From Pecten maximus (Eukaryota), in NCBI RefSeq assembly GCF_902652985.1, contig NC_047017.1:20398001-20462000 (forward strand): DNA of 64,000 nt, given 5' to 3'. A program made the translations under genes and the position numbers. Below, piece by piece: positions 1-11,034 of this stretch; position 1 is the first letter of the stretch, and every line of letters begins with the position of its first letter. The notes below the pieces were generated by a model. The model saw only the letters and a program-made list of their open reading frames with translations, had not been told where the DNA came from and did not search any database.

Positions 1-143
1 AGTAAAACCAAAGATATTTCACGAGTGCGGCTAATATTTTGATATTTTTCACTCGTGCTGCGCACTCGTGAAAAATATCAAAATATTAGCCCCACTCGTG
101 AAATATATTTGGTATTACTATAGACACTGTTAGATATCCTCTA
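1..143. mobile_element. End of a palindromic MITE-like element (hairpin 1-119), truncated by the window start
   Basis: agtaaaaccaaagatatttcacgagtgcggctaatattttgatatttttcac is the imperfect reverse complement of gtgaaaaatatcaaaatattagccccactcgtgaaatatatttggtattact. Confidence 0.6.
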
Positions 144-144
144 T

Positions 145-660
145 ATATTTAGTCCTTGTGTGATATCCCTATAATATCCACTGTATGGGTAGATAATCTG
201 GTATATTAAGTCTTTGTGTGGTATCCCTATAATATCCTCTGTATGGTTAGAAAATGTGGTATGTTTAGTCTTTGTGTGGTATCCCTGTAATATCCTTTGT
301 ATGGGTAGATAATGTGGTATATTTAGTCCCTGTGTGTTATCTCTGTAATATCCTTTATCTGTATGGGTAGATAATGCGGTATATTTAGTCCTTGTGTGCT
401 ATCCCTGTAATAACATTTGTCTATATGAGTATAAAATTTGATACATTTAGTCAGCATGTGTGTTATCCCCTGTCCTAAGGTATGGAGATTAAGTTACATT
501 TTGTCCTTACGTAATAACACTGTTATATAATTTTCACTCAGGTATATAAACTGTAGTGTATTTAGTCATTATGTAGTAACTCTATTATATCCTTTGTCCC
601 CAAGTTTAGAAATTGAAGTAGATTAAGTCCTTATGTATAACCCTGTTATATCATTTGTCT
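145..660. repeat. Degenerate tandem repeat, about 58-62 bp unit
   Basis: Recurring tttagtc(c/t)ttgtgtg..atccct(a/g)taatatcc..tgtatgggtagataa..tggta, decaying to the right. Confidence 0.75.
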
Positions 661-1391
661 CTTTTTAGTTCGCCTCAATATCAGACATCTAATATAATTA
701 TTCACTGATTACCAAATCAATCTCCTGGGTTAGTTATTTACTTTCAGCACCTCGTGTGACTTGAAATGGAAGTTTAAAAGAATCCCGCACAAAGTGCGTC
801 AGATAAGTGGCCTGTTCGATAATCTGTTTGACGGTACAAGGTTTACAAATTCGATTCACATTTGACATTTGTCGACGAAACAAATTCGTCCAGCGGGGTT
901 CACATTTGGCAAACACATTCGTCAACAGACATATCACATTGCTTCTTAAACGGGAAACATCTATTTGTTAACAATATATGTAACGAAATTTTGTGTTAAC
1001 GTTGTGATTAGGCGTTCGCTAAACTAGCAGAAATACTGCGGCGAGGTTGATGTCGGATTTCAAACATTATACCAATGCTTTAAATATGTAAATATATATG
1101 TGTCAAGTTTAAATGATCAAAGTATTAATGATTAGGCTAGATGCGAACATCAAACACGTTTGTCGAAATTGAATTCAAAATGCAGTATCTAAATACATAT
1201 TTATACATATTGTGCAACTAATTTTCTTGATATCATGACTATTCTGTAAATCATTATTAACCAGAATAAATCAACCTGGAACATTCAACATGTACAAACA
1301 CAACTACAAAAAATAAATACATACATTGTATTAGAGTTTCTTCATATTGTTATTTAATTTGAACAAAATGCGTTTATGTTTTGTTTTTCAG

Positions 1392-4300
1392 ATCATTTCG
1401 TAAGATCGTGTGACGAAAATGGCGGAAACGACAAGTGTGTTCCATGTGCTGCTGGCACATTTCTGCTGGACAAAACGTCGTCGATGCAGCACAATTACGA
1501 GTGTGTGACAGTCCCTCCGTGTTATCCAGGTATAAACATGTATATCAGATAATTAGATGCAGTATGAAATGTTATACCAACTAAATCGCCTATGAGCTAT
1601 ATTTTACTACCTGTATTTTGTTATTTTATTAACACGTAAGACTTTTTCCTCATTCAACATCTTCAGGTGTTTACCTTATAATAGAACTATCAAAAGAAGC
1701 AGGGATATTATGGTAAAAAAAGAAGATAAAACTTTTAGCACTTTCCATTACAAATTGAGAGTGAACATTTTCAGCTAATCAGAAACCGTAGAACCTAAGA
1801 TTAGCACGTGCTAATTGTAATTTATTACACAGATGTTACCCAAACGGCTCCTTTTTATATGTTTTCAGCAAACCCATGCTGTATCCTTTATATCAGTTTC
1901 AATCGAAATCGAACAATATCTAAATTTTGACCAATCAAAAGCCTCTGTGTGGTTCCTATGGCAACGAAACCCATAAATTGAATTCGCAGTCCCCAAATAC
2001 CCTTATATACAAAGGTGCTGTTGCAGAACCGCCCACAGCGATTTCTTGAAATCGACTATATTTTCCAGTAAAGCTATGAAAAATACATATGGAACCCGAA
2101 TCACTGGATAAGGGCAGTAATTCAAAGTTGAAAAATGTATGTGGAAAAAATGCACGGGCGATACAAGTGGTCCTTGTCGTACACAATAATACAACGTATT
2201 GATTTATTATGAAAATGATTTGATACAATGTCCATGGCAATGTATTATGTTCTACTATGTTTAACATACTTATAGTAGTTCCGTATTACGTATGATTCAT
2301 CATTTTTCTCACTTGACCATCTTCGTCTTCAGTACTTCTTCAAAGCTTCTCCTCCGTTGGGATGTGCCACACAAAAGTTCCCTTTGCCACTTGGTCTTTT
2401 GACTACTCACCGCGAATGGTGCTCGGCGTGTTGTTATAATTGCTGTTACGTTTTACAATTCTATTTAGTTCAGTTATTCTGTAGTAAAGTTGTCTTTGTC
2501 TCAAATAGGAAAATGGAGAACTCCTGCGTTGGGTTGGGATGTAAAGTTAAGTTCAAGTACAACCAGGTTGGCGATGGTAAAAATCCGCGAAAAATTGAGG
2601 ACTGGATGAAAGATGTTCTCCTTTCTGAAGGTGTCTTACTTTCTGAATCAACAGAAGCAAAGATGTGTCCAAAATGCTTTTTCAGATACCTCAAGAAACG
2701 TCCTGCATCCGAGAATGCCAATGAACCGGAACGGAAAAAAGCTTCCGTAGACAATGATGATTCTGGTGACGAATCTGACACTCTGGACGGGTATCTTTCT
2801 GTAGATGATTTATACTATGCCCCTTCTTCGAACAGAAAATGTAGCATTTGTCGAACTTACAACATGAAGAGTTCTAGCTGCATCAGTGAGAAAGCAAGAC
2901 ACCAGCTGCTTATCAAACATAAACTGTACATGCCTGAGAATTCCAGGGTGTGTTCAAGTCATCTTCTTGGTAAGGATATCAGTCCTGACATTGAGCCGGT
3001 TTTGACAGGGAGGGATAAACTTGTTAATCACTTAGCCACCAAGTCACCAGCTGTTATCAACGATTTACTCAAAATCATACAGAACATGTCCAATAACTTG
3101 TCACCGCTTGTATTAAACTTCGACAACATGGATGATGAAGATTGCCAAGCTTGGACAGGCTGGGATTGTAATCAATTCAATCAAATACACGATGCATGTT
3201 CCGAACATATTACTGGTACAAAAGCATTATCATCTAAGAATGCCCTTCTGCTGTTTTGGGTTAAACTCAAAACAGACATGTCTTTCACTCAGTTGGCTTC
3301 TCTTTTCCGCATTCATAAATCGAGCGTCAGCAGAATTTTCCAGATCGTTACAGATGCTCTAAATCAAGCCGTAGCTCCCACACATCTTGGTCCGGATCAC
3401 GTGTCTAGGGCGCAAGCGTTGGATCACAATACAGTTTTCACAAAAACATTCTTCGGCAACAAAGTCACTGTAATATTGGATGGTACATATATGTGTAACC
3501 CATTCTTATATGTGTACATGTCTGTGATCTTGTCATCCGTGCTGTATGTTTGACATATATGTTGACATTGACCTGGACTCGGGACATCTGCAATGCGACA
3601 AGTACGACACTGACCGGAACTCGCACTGCACGCTCCAATTTTCCGCCGGACATAACACTCTAACATCCGGTCTGCTGACCGCACCATCATTATGTATTTG
3701 GCTCGCGAGGGCAACACATCGTAATATATCATAGTATAAGCCTTAGCTGCAAAGCTGTTGAAGGATCGGGGTGCCGGATAGTCTGCCGGATAGACGTTGG
3801 GGCGCCATTGTAACAGGAGACTCTTTTCAAATATCAATCGGACAACGATTCTCTGCAACATACTTTTATTCCCTTTCATTGGGTTACTTTATACAAGAAA
3901 CCTGTAATATAAAAACACATTCTTACTCACAGAACAATGAAACGGACTATACGAATATTAAATACAGGTAAACCGAAAGTAGAATTAACACACACACACA
4001 CAAACACGTTTACTCATATATGCTGTGCTTACCAGACTATCCGGCACCCCGATCCTTCAACAGCTTTGCAGCTAAGGCTAATACTATGATATATTACGAT
4101 GTGTTGCCCTCGCGAGCCAAACACATAATGATGGTGCGGTCAGCAGACCGGATGTTAGAGTGTTATGTCCGGCGGGAAATTGGAGCGTGCAGTGCGAGTT
4201 CCGGTCAGTGTCGTACTTGTCGCATTGCAGATGTCCCGAGTCCAGGTCAATGTCAACATATATGTCAAACATACAGCACGGATGACAAGATCACAGACAT

Positions 4301-7300
4301 GTACACATATAAGACTGGGTTACATATATATATCGGCAAAAGTGAAGAACATGAGTTTCAGCGGAAAAGTTACTGCGGTAAAAAAAACCGCAACTACGTG
4401 AAGTTTATGAGTATTGTGTTCCCTAACGGTTACGTTCTAGACACTGTCGGCCCATTTCTTGGTAGTGATAATGACGCCAAAATCACTGACAAGATACTTA
4501 CCTCATTACAAAGTCTGTCAGGTATCCTAGAGGAAGAGGATCAGGTAATTGTAGACAGGGGTTTCCGAGACATTTTGAGCAAACTATCAGACGAGGGATA
4601 CGAGACTCGCATGCCGACATTTCTCAAACCTGGACAGAGTCAACATGATGGTATAAAGGCAAACACAGACAGGTGTATCACTAAAACAAGATGGGTGGTC
4701 GAAAGTTATCACTCTCGTTTCAAGCAATTCAGATTTTTTTTTAAACTGAACTCACATCAAACTACTTCATCAAAAATCTCGAAAGTCTTCTGAAAAGTGT
4801 CACGGCATGTCTGAATTGGCTACGTGGACCCATATATCAGCCTTCGTCAACAAAAGCAGCCGAAGATGAAAAAGTTGCTCTGGAGATGAAGTCACTTCTA
4901 AACAAGTCCAACATCCTAGCAGAGCGTGTTGAGAAAGAGCCAGACCTATCACGGAGAGCCAAATCCCAATGGCAGAAGCTAGAGGCAGCCCAGCTCGAGT
5001 TCCCACGTCTTGACCAAGAATATCTAGAAACTCTGGCATATGGGACGTACCAGGTGAAGTTGGCCCCCGGATACATATCGGAACATTTGACAGCAGATGG
5101 AGATTATGAAGTCATGGCATACCAACACTCTTCTGACCTGATTCGATGTCAAATCCGATCTCGTCATGAATCGCAAACGAAATACAACATATGGATCCAG
5201 TACTCAGTTACCGAACAACCACCAATACAGAATTACTACTGTACGTGTCCAACCGGTCAGAGGACTCATATCGCCAGTGTTCTCTTCTACCTTGGGGTCT
5301 ATGTCCATAGTCAGTCTCGAAAACCACTTCGACCAACCACGTTTATGCCACTGATGAAGTAAATAGCCCGCTAATATATATAATCCAGAATGTAGGGAAG
5401 ATACTACATTGAATGTTTCTGATATACACAACGTAGCGTCATTGTCACTCTTCAAAAATGATCGACAGTGTCTAGAATGTAAATGTGAAGGAATATAATA
5501 CTCATATATATATGATATTAAGTTCTAAATACACAAATAATACACGATGAGCTGAATGAGCAAGAACAAAGCACATTAGTTGTACAACAAAGTCATGGAG
5601 ATAGGAAAATTGGTAAAGGGACTAACATTATCTTGAAACAAATAGCTTCCTTGAAGGCGAATTCGTCCAATCGTGTTTACTATAATATTTCAACGTATTT
5701 CTTGTCCGGACGAGATGTCTTCACTAGCATGCAGTGCTTTCAGCACTTTGATCTATATGAAGATTTATGGGGGGTTGACTAATAGAAGTTGCAAAAACGA
5801 GGCATATCCAGCAATTCTGAAGCGCAATTTTTTTTTCATGGATTACACAAATGAATGGAGATATTTTCTATCGACAAAATTCGATAGTACTCGGGGTTTG
5901 AATTAGACAAAATGCCGTTTAAACGTGCATTCAACTTTATGAGAAATATCATTTTATGTTTGATGTCAAATTTCACAGAAACTAACGAAAAGATTCATAC
6001 AATCGATATCCGATTACATTGCCCGATATATAAATGTAATTTTAGTATAATTTTCCTTACAAACAAATAACATTTTGACCTTATAAATACTTGATAAAGT
6101 GTGCTTGTGAGTATTTACGACTTTGGTACAAAATGGCCTCGTTCTGGCATGTCCGGAACGGAACAAGGTTTTCATATGTACTATCAGATGCCCCATGGAT
6201 ATGTCTATCCGGGCATTAGGTAAAGGATCGATTTCCTTCGTGGGCGGTTTTAGAGCATTCCTGCAACAGCACCTTTTCATCGAAATCAAGCAATATCTAA
6301 ATTTCGACCAATCAACGGTCAGGGAAAGGCGGTCTTTTTGCTTTTTCCAAAAATGAACGCTGCCTTTGTTTTTGTAGTGCCATGCTACAACTACATATCA
6401 AATTGTATTAACATCAGAGGATATCATAATATTGACCAATCAGAAGTGATCGGCGGTCTTGTATATTGTGTCGATTTTTGTTGGTACTGCATTAAAGAAC
6501 ATCTTTTCTCTATCTCCCACCATTTCATTTAATTATATTAATTAGTAAAACGGTTAAAGAACGAATTAGTTTTTCGAAATTTTCAGCCAATCAGAAACCG
6601 TGGCGGCCATCTTGGTTGAATGATTGGAAAATAAATTATCAGTTGTACACCCCCTGACCATCATCAACAAGTTCCATTAAGTTCCGTCCAATATTTTTCG
6701 ATATATGTCGGAAGCATTTACGGTTGTAGAAGAAAATCACATTTGGATGTTCTACATGAATCAAACTATTTTGAAAATTTATCTAATATTTTTCTGCGTC
6801 TATAATTAATTTCAGAGGCCACCCTGAGTCGATATCTGAACTATTGCGGTGAACATCGTACCTTCTGCAAGTGTGATATTACACGAAACTTCTGCGGTCA
6901 TGATCCTTGTAATTGTGAACTTAGGACATTGTTCTTCGGTCTCGGCACCCGTGTTAAATATTAACTGTGGCTGTGACAGGTATGACTCTAAAGCTTAGGT
7001 AGGTCAATATAGTTTGGCAAAGGGAGTAATTATGTCTATTCAGTTTATGCATCATCCAAAAATATATATCAAAGACATCAGTTTGATGTGGTTCTAGTCT
7101 TACCGTCCGACCATATAAGACTGTTGCGAAGCATCTATTTCTAGGGGATTGAAGTGAATATGGCAACATTTCAGAAGGAAGGTGTATGATTATCCAAGTT
7201 GTCATTTATGCAATGTTGATATAATATACTAGTATTATATATTGTATGTCTTATATAATGATAGATTATGTGGATTTTTTTATGGGGTTTTGAATGTTTT

Positions 7301-9526
7301 TTTCTGTAGATTTCGCACCCTTCTTAACTCATCAACCTTCACGAAGATTTTTTCTTGAAGTTAGAGGGTATAGTTAGAAGGTAGAGCGGACCACAATTTG
7401 ATTGGTAACCTAAAACGAGTGTATATGTAGATTTGGGGAATCCTTATCAGTCAGTAGTAGTATTTTACCTATGAACGTCTATCAATTTATTTATTTATTT
7501 TTTTGTGTGGTATGGCATCAAACTCTGATCATAAAATCGTAAATAGGAATAAGTTAGTAGGGCGTCAATCAATGATGAAGAATTAAAAACCAGCACCATT
7601 TACAATAAATCCGTTTTGTTTAAGACTACCAACCACAACGAAAATCACGTCGATGCCGACGCCGACGCCGATGCAGACACCGACGCCGACAACAAAGTAA
7701 GTACACCAACGAGAGCAACTTCAACACAGGCGTCATCAGTAACCTTCACGACAATATCAATGCAGATAACAGGGCCGCCTGTCTCTAATCAAAAGAATAG
7801 CGGGTACTGTTTTAATGTTTTTGCTAGACAGTACGTTTTATTTAAGTGTAATGTAAATTATTTGACAAGGCTGTACAGACACTATTTGATATAGTTTCAT
7901 AGGAGTTTAAGCAGTTGTTGGGAACATCTACTTCGTGAAGTTGTTGGCTTTCAAAAGTTCTGAACTTGCATGTCATCAAAACAGGAGTCTATTCCGCAAT
8001 AGCCATATTGAATGAATGCATTTACATTCTGTGTTGCATTTGCCTGTATGTTGGTAGTAAACCAAGTTGTATTCATGAGACTGTATACTATAATTTACAG
8101 TAATTCGGTCACTGTAGGAATACAGCTCCGGGTGTTGATTAGAACAATGGCCACCATTTACTCTTGGCCTAGAGAGCTTTCGAAGTTATGGCAGAATTTT
8201 TTATAATAAAAAATGTAGTCAACACAAAATTATTATAAGCGCTATTCTTGATCTATACGAAATAATCAAATTGTCAATGTCGTCACTCTCTCAGGGGCTG
8301 ATGTTAAAGGCCCACCTTACTCGAGCTCAAAACTCAAAATCGAGCCCCTGTGAAGTTGAACATCGTCTGCTAAGTTGGGACCTAGCGACACTGATTCGAA
8401 CGAAGTGTCCCTGGAATCGTTTTCACCTATTGTCAAGACGTCTTTCATTTAGAATTTAAGAGCTGATATTCTTCATAAAATAACGTAAATCCAATTGATA
8501 GAAACGTATTACGTGTTTCCGAGGAATCGAGTCTGTCCTATGCAATATCCATTCGACGCCAGATCACTTCTAAATGATAACCGTAGATTTTAAACAATCA
8601 GAAATTGTATGCAGTTTTGAACAATTCGACGATATCTACACACGTATATGAAATATAAATGAAAGCCAAATTTGTGCAAAAGCCATTTTCTGTGTTTGCT
8701 ATTAATAACGACACGAGGAACTATATTATTCCTTCTGGAAATTTTGGCTGTTCTCCCGGTATTTGAACTTGATGACGTTGTGATAGGGTAAGCGGCAAAT
8801 TTAAACGCGTTATAACCTCTAGTAAATAAAAAAAGTCTTTATGAATGTAAATATAAGTATTGATCTGTTGCCAAATGGTAGTATACAGTCGATATGAATA
8901 CAATTTAGGTGTCAGTTAAATATTTCCTAATGGGCGGGAGACATTGTATTTATCTGTAACCCTGTCAAATTTGTAATTAGAAATAACTTCCATCTATGGA
9001 GGAATGCAGCTTGTCTACCTGTTAAACGTGACGTTTAATTATCTTTAATGTTATCATATACAACGTTTTTGTCGCTTTTATTCGCCGTTTGTAATGATAA
9101 TAATGTGGTATTAATCTAAGGATCAAGAGAAGTCGAAATATTCGTACATTGCATATCATCTATTTAACAAAAGCTTGTAAGCTGTATGACCTCTTCCCAC
9201 AAGAAATCGACTACAAATACAATTACTACAATATTGAAACAAAAATGTACTTCCACCAATGATAAAACAAATTGTGCTACAATGAACTTTACGTTTGAAT
9301 GAAAAGAAAGTCTGCATCCTACAATATACATTTATTTCCAGACTTTCAGGAGGATCTATTGCTGGAATCTGTTTTGGAGTCTTTATAGCCGGCATTGGTG
9401 TTGGTGTTGGTGTTAGTGCTGGCATTTATTTCTATAAAAGGGAAAGAGGTAAAACTTCGTCGGTGCAATAACTTTTGTAAATCAATCACTAATATTAAAT
9501 GTCTCAATTTCCTGTTTCCTGCTTTC

Positions 9527-9570
<44 letters not shown>

Positions 9571-10932
9571 GTTAAACGGAAATTGAAATTGGCCAAGTAC
9601 CGAAAGTTTATAACACTCCTGATGACAGTTGATATAATTGAAAATATTAAAACATACGTTCAATTTCCTTTCTTAGGACTAGCAACATCTAGGCACTCAC
9701 AACGACATTAAGTTGTTCGATTTCACTACTTTACACAAAATGTATTGATCAAAATCCTCTCGTGATTCAATTTTTACCGATACGCAATTAAATGCCGCTA
9801 CTATATATCTTAATTGATTAAAAAAATATGTATTGTTTGAGACCTGGGATGTTTTGGTCAGTATAAAACAAGCTAAATATTATATATTGTTTCAGAACTG
9901 ACATGGGTTGGTTTGTATAAGATATGCTGAAGAGTCTATATTGCTTCAGACCTGAGATGGGTTGGTTTGTATAAAATATGCTGAAGATTATATATTGTTT
10001 GAGACCTGGGATGTGTTGGTCAGTATAAAACATGTTAAAGATTATATATTGTTTCAGACCTGAGATGGGTTGGTCTATATAAGGCAAGTTTAAGTTATGT
10101 ACTGTTTTGTGTCTTTGACACGAACGATCTCAAGCCACATATGTCAAAACGGTGTCTCGATTGCAAATGCCCCCCTTCCCTCGTCCAAACTCTGCTACTG
10201 ATATATAAAACACTGTTAATTGTGAGGGTGTAATCGAGGATCCTTTCTAGAATTTCTCCACTTTCGATTTAAATACCAAAGGAATATTATGCTTTCATAG
10301 CTTTAAAACTTAAAATATAGGGTTACATCACAGCTTTCTTTTCTTGCCTAATCAAATTACTTGGTACATATCTTCGTTCAAAGGTGAACAATATTATCAG
10401 ATCAACAGATTTGTCATGGCGACAAAACTTGACACTTATGCCACCCTCACATGTGGTTATCTGGAAGTTATACAGTCAACTCAGAGAACTTTGGAACATG
10501 GAAGCCGAAGAGTATATAATTTGAAATGAAAAGAAATGTTTTTTGATAGTTGAACACCGGCAGGAATTTTAAGTCTTTATGTATACATATTTGTGTGTGA
10601 TATTTTACACCGTGAATATCAAATTTATGTATAATCTTTGTGAGTTAAACATGCTGATTATAATTTCATAAAACTGTAAATTATTTAGTCTTTTTTCATA
10701 GAGTATAGACTTTATATCATATGGGACTAAACGTATTTGTGTTGGAACTGTTTAAAATTCAAGTACTTTATCTATGTACTTACAATAATGAAGTGTTACA
10801 TATTTACACGATATTCACAACATAATAAACAATTATTTTTATCCGGCGTATTTTGTAGGCAGTTATACACCTGCACCAGTTACCGACGGTGAAGAGAATA
10901 CAGCGATGCAAGAATTAGGACCACGTCCCTAA
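1392..10932 (+). CDS. TNF receptor superfamily-like type I membrane protein, 3' exons (5' exons not identified; apparent frameshift, possibly a pseudogene)
   Basis: AG/GT-bounded exons: 1392-1529 (DHFVRSCDENGGNDKCVPCAAGTFLLDK...CYP, TNFR CRD-type CxPCxxGTF), 6816-6979 (Cys-rich CKCDITRNFCGHDPCNCE), 7625-7696 or 7625-7803 (Thr/Pro/Ser stalk), 9342-9448 (TM IAGICFGVFIAGIGVGVGVSAGIYFY-KRER), 10859-10932 (GSYTPAPVTDGEENTAMQELGPRP*). Phases match if a +1 shift near 6920 is corrected. AATAAA at 10981. Confidence 0.7.
3494..4324 (-). mobile_element. LTR-retrotransposon-derived fold-back insertion: full LTR (4324-3809) + PBS + inverted LTR 5' end (3494-3785)
   Basis: 292-bp inverted arms 3494-3785 and 4033-4324 (about 4 mismatches); minus-strand LTR TGTAAC...GTTACA of 516 bp with AATAAA; followed by TGGCGCCCCAACGT; flanks TATG/TATA. 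Confidence 0.8.
3794..3807 (-). other. Primer-binding site, tRNA-Lys type
   Basis: TGGCGCCCCAACGT one base after the LTR end GTTACA; the canonical tRNA-Lys(CUU) PBS begins TGGCGCCCAACGT (one extra C here). Confidence 0.75.
9529..9569 (+). repeat. Poly-G run (41 nt)
   Basis: Uninterrupted G homopolymer in an intron of the TNFR-like gene. Confidence 0.95.
9825..10085. repeat. Short tandem array, about 54 bp unit, about 5 copies
   Basis: Recurring tatattgttt(c/g)agacctg(g/a)gatg..ttggt..gtataaaa. Confidence 0.75.
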
Positions 10933-11034
10933 CCTGGCCTCGCCTTTCGTACACATAACTGGTGCGACCACTGTTTCTGAAATAAACATATCTCACGTCA
11001 CCGCCCCTTTGGACAAGTGTTTCATATATATATA

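Larger units (their letters stand above)
2513..5362 (+). pseudogene. Disrupted DDE_Tnp_4-type transposase (C2CH/THAP-like finger, HTH, DD48E, C-terminal SWIM finger)
   Basis: CSICR...RVCSSHL; LLLFWVKLKTDMSFTQLASLFRIHKSSVSRIF (HTH); ILDGTY-[insertion]-YIGKS..QRKSY; VIVDRGFRD; RWVVESY; YCTCPTGQR-THIASVLFYLG. Interrupted by the 3494-4324 insertion and a frameshift at the T-run near 4734-4742. Confidence 0.88.
2014..6273 (+). mobile_element. PHIS-superfamily (ISL2EU/Harbinger-like transposase) DNA transposon with 13-bp TIRs, flanked by AAA and TTT
   Basis: TIR GGTGCTGTTGCAG (2014-2026) / CTGCAACAGCACC (6261-6273); further inverted subterminal motifs (aaccgcccac, gaaatcga, tacatatg.aa); internal transposase. 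Confidence 0.8.

Noticed and set aside
3424-4401. Mirror-image ORF pairs (3424-3879, 3465-3653, 3546-3734, 4084-4272, 4165-4401 and the N-terminus of 4020-4793)
   Set aside because: By-products of the inverted LTR arms; only the part of 4020-4793 after 4328 is transposase.
5690-5756. Minus-strand peptide KALHASEDISSGQEIR resembling a SET-domain C-terminal motif inside the PHIS transposon
   Set aside because: Immediately followed by a stop, no convincing NHSC motif upstream, and too short to support a second gene.
9346-9711. Poly-Gly and poly-Pro ORFs
   Set aside because: Caused by the intronic G41 run.
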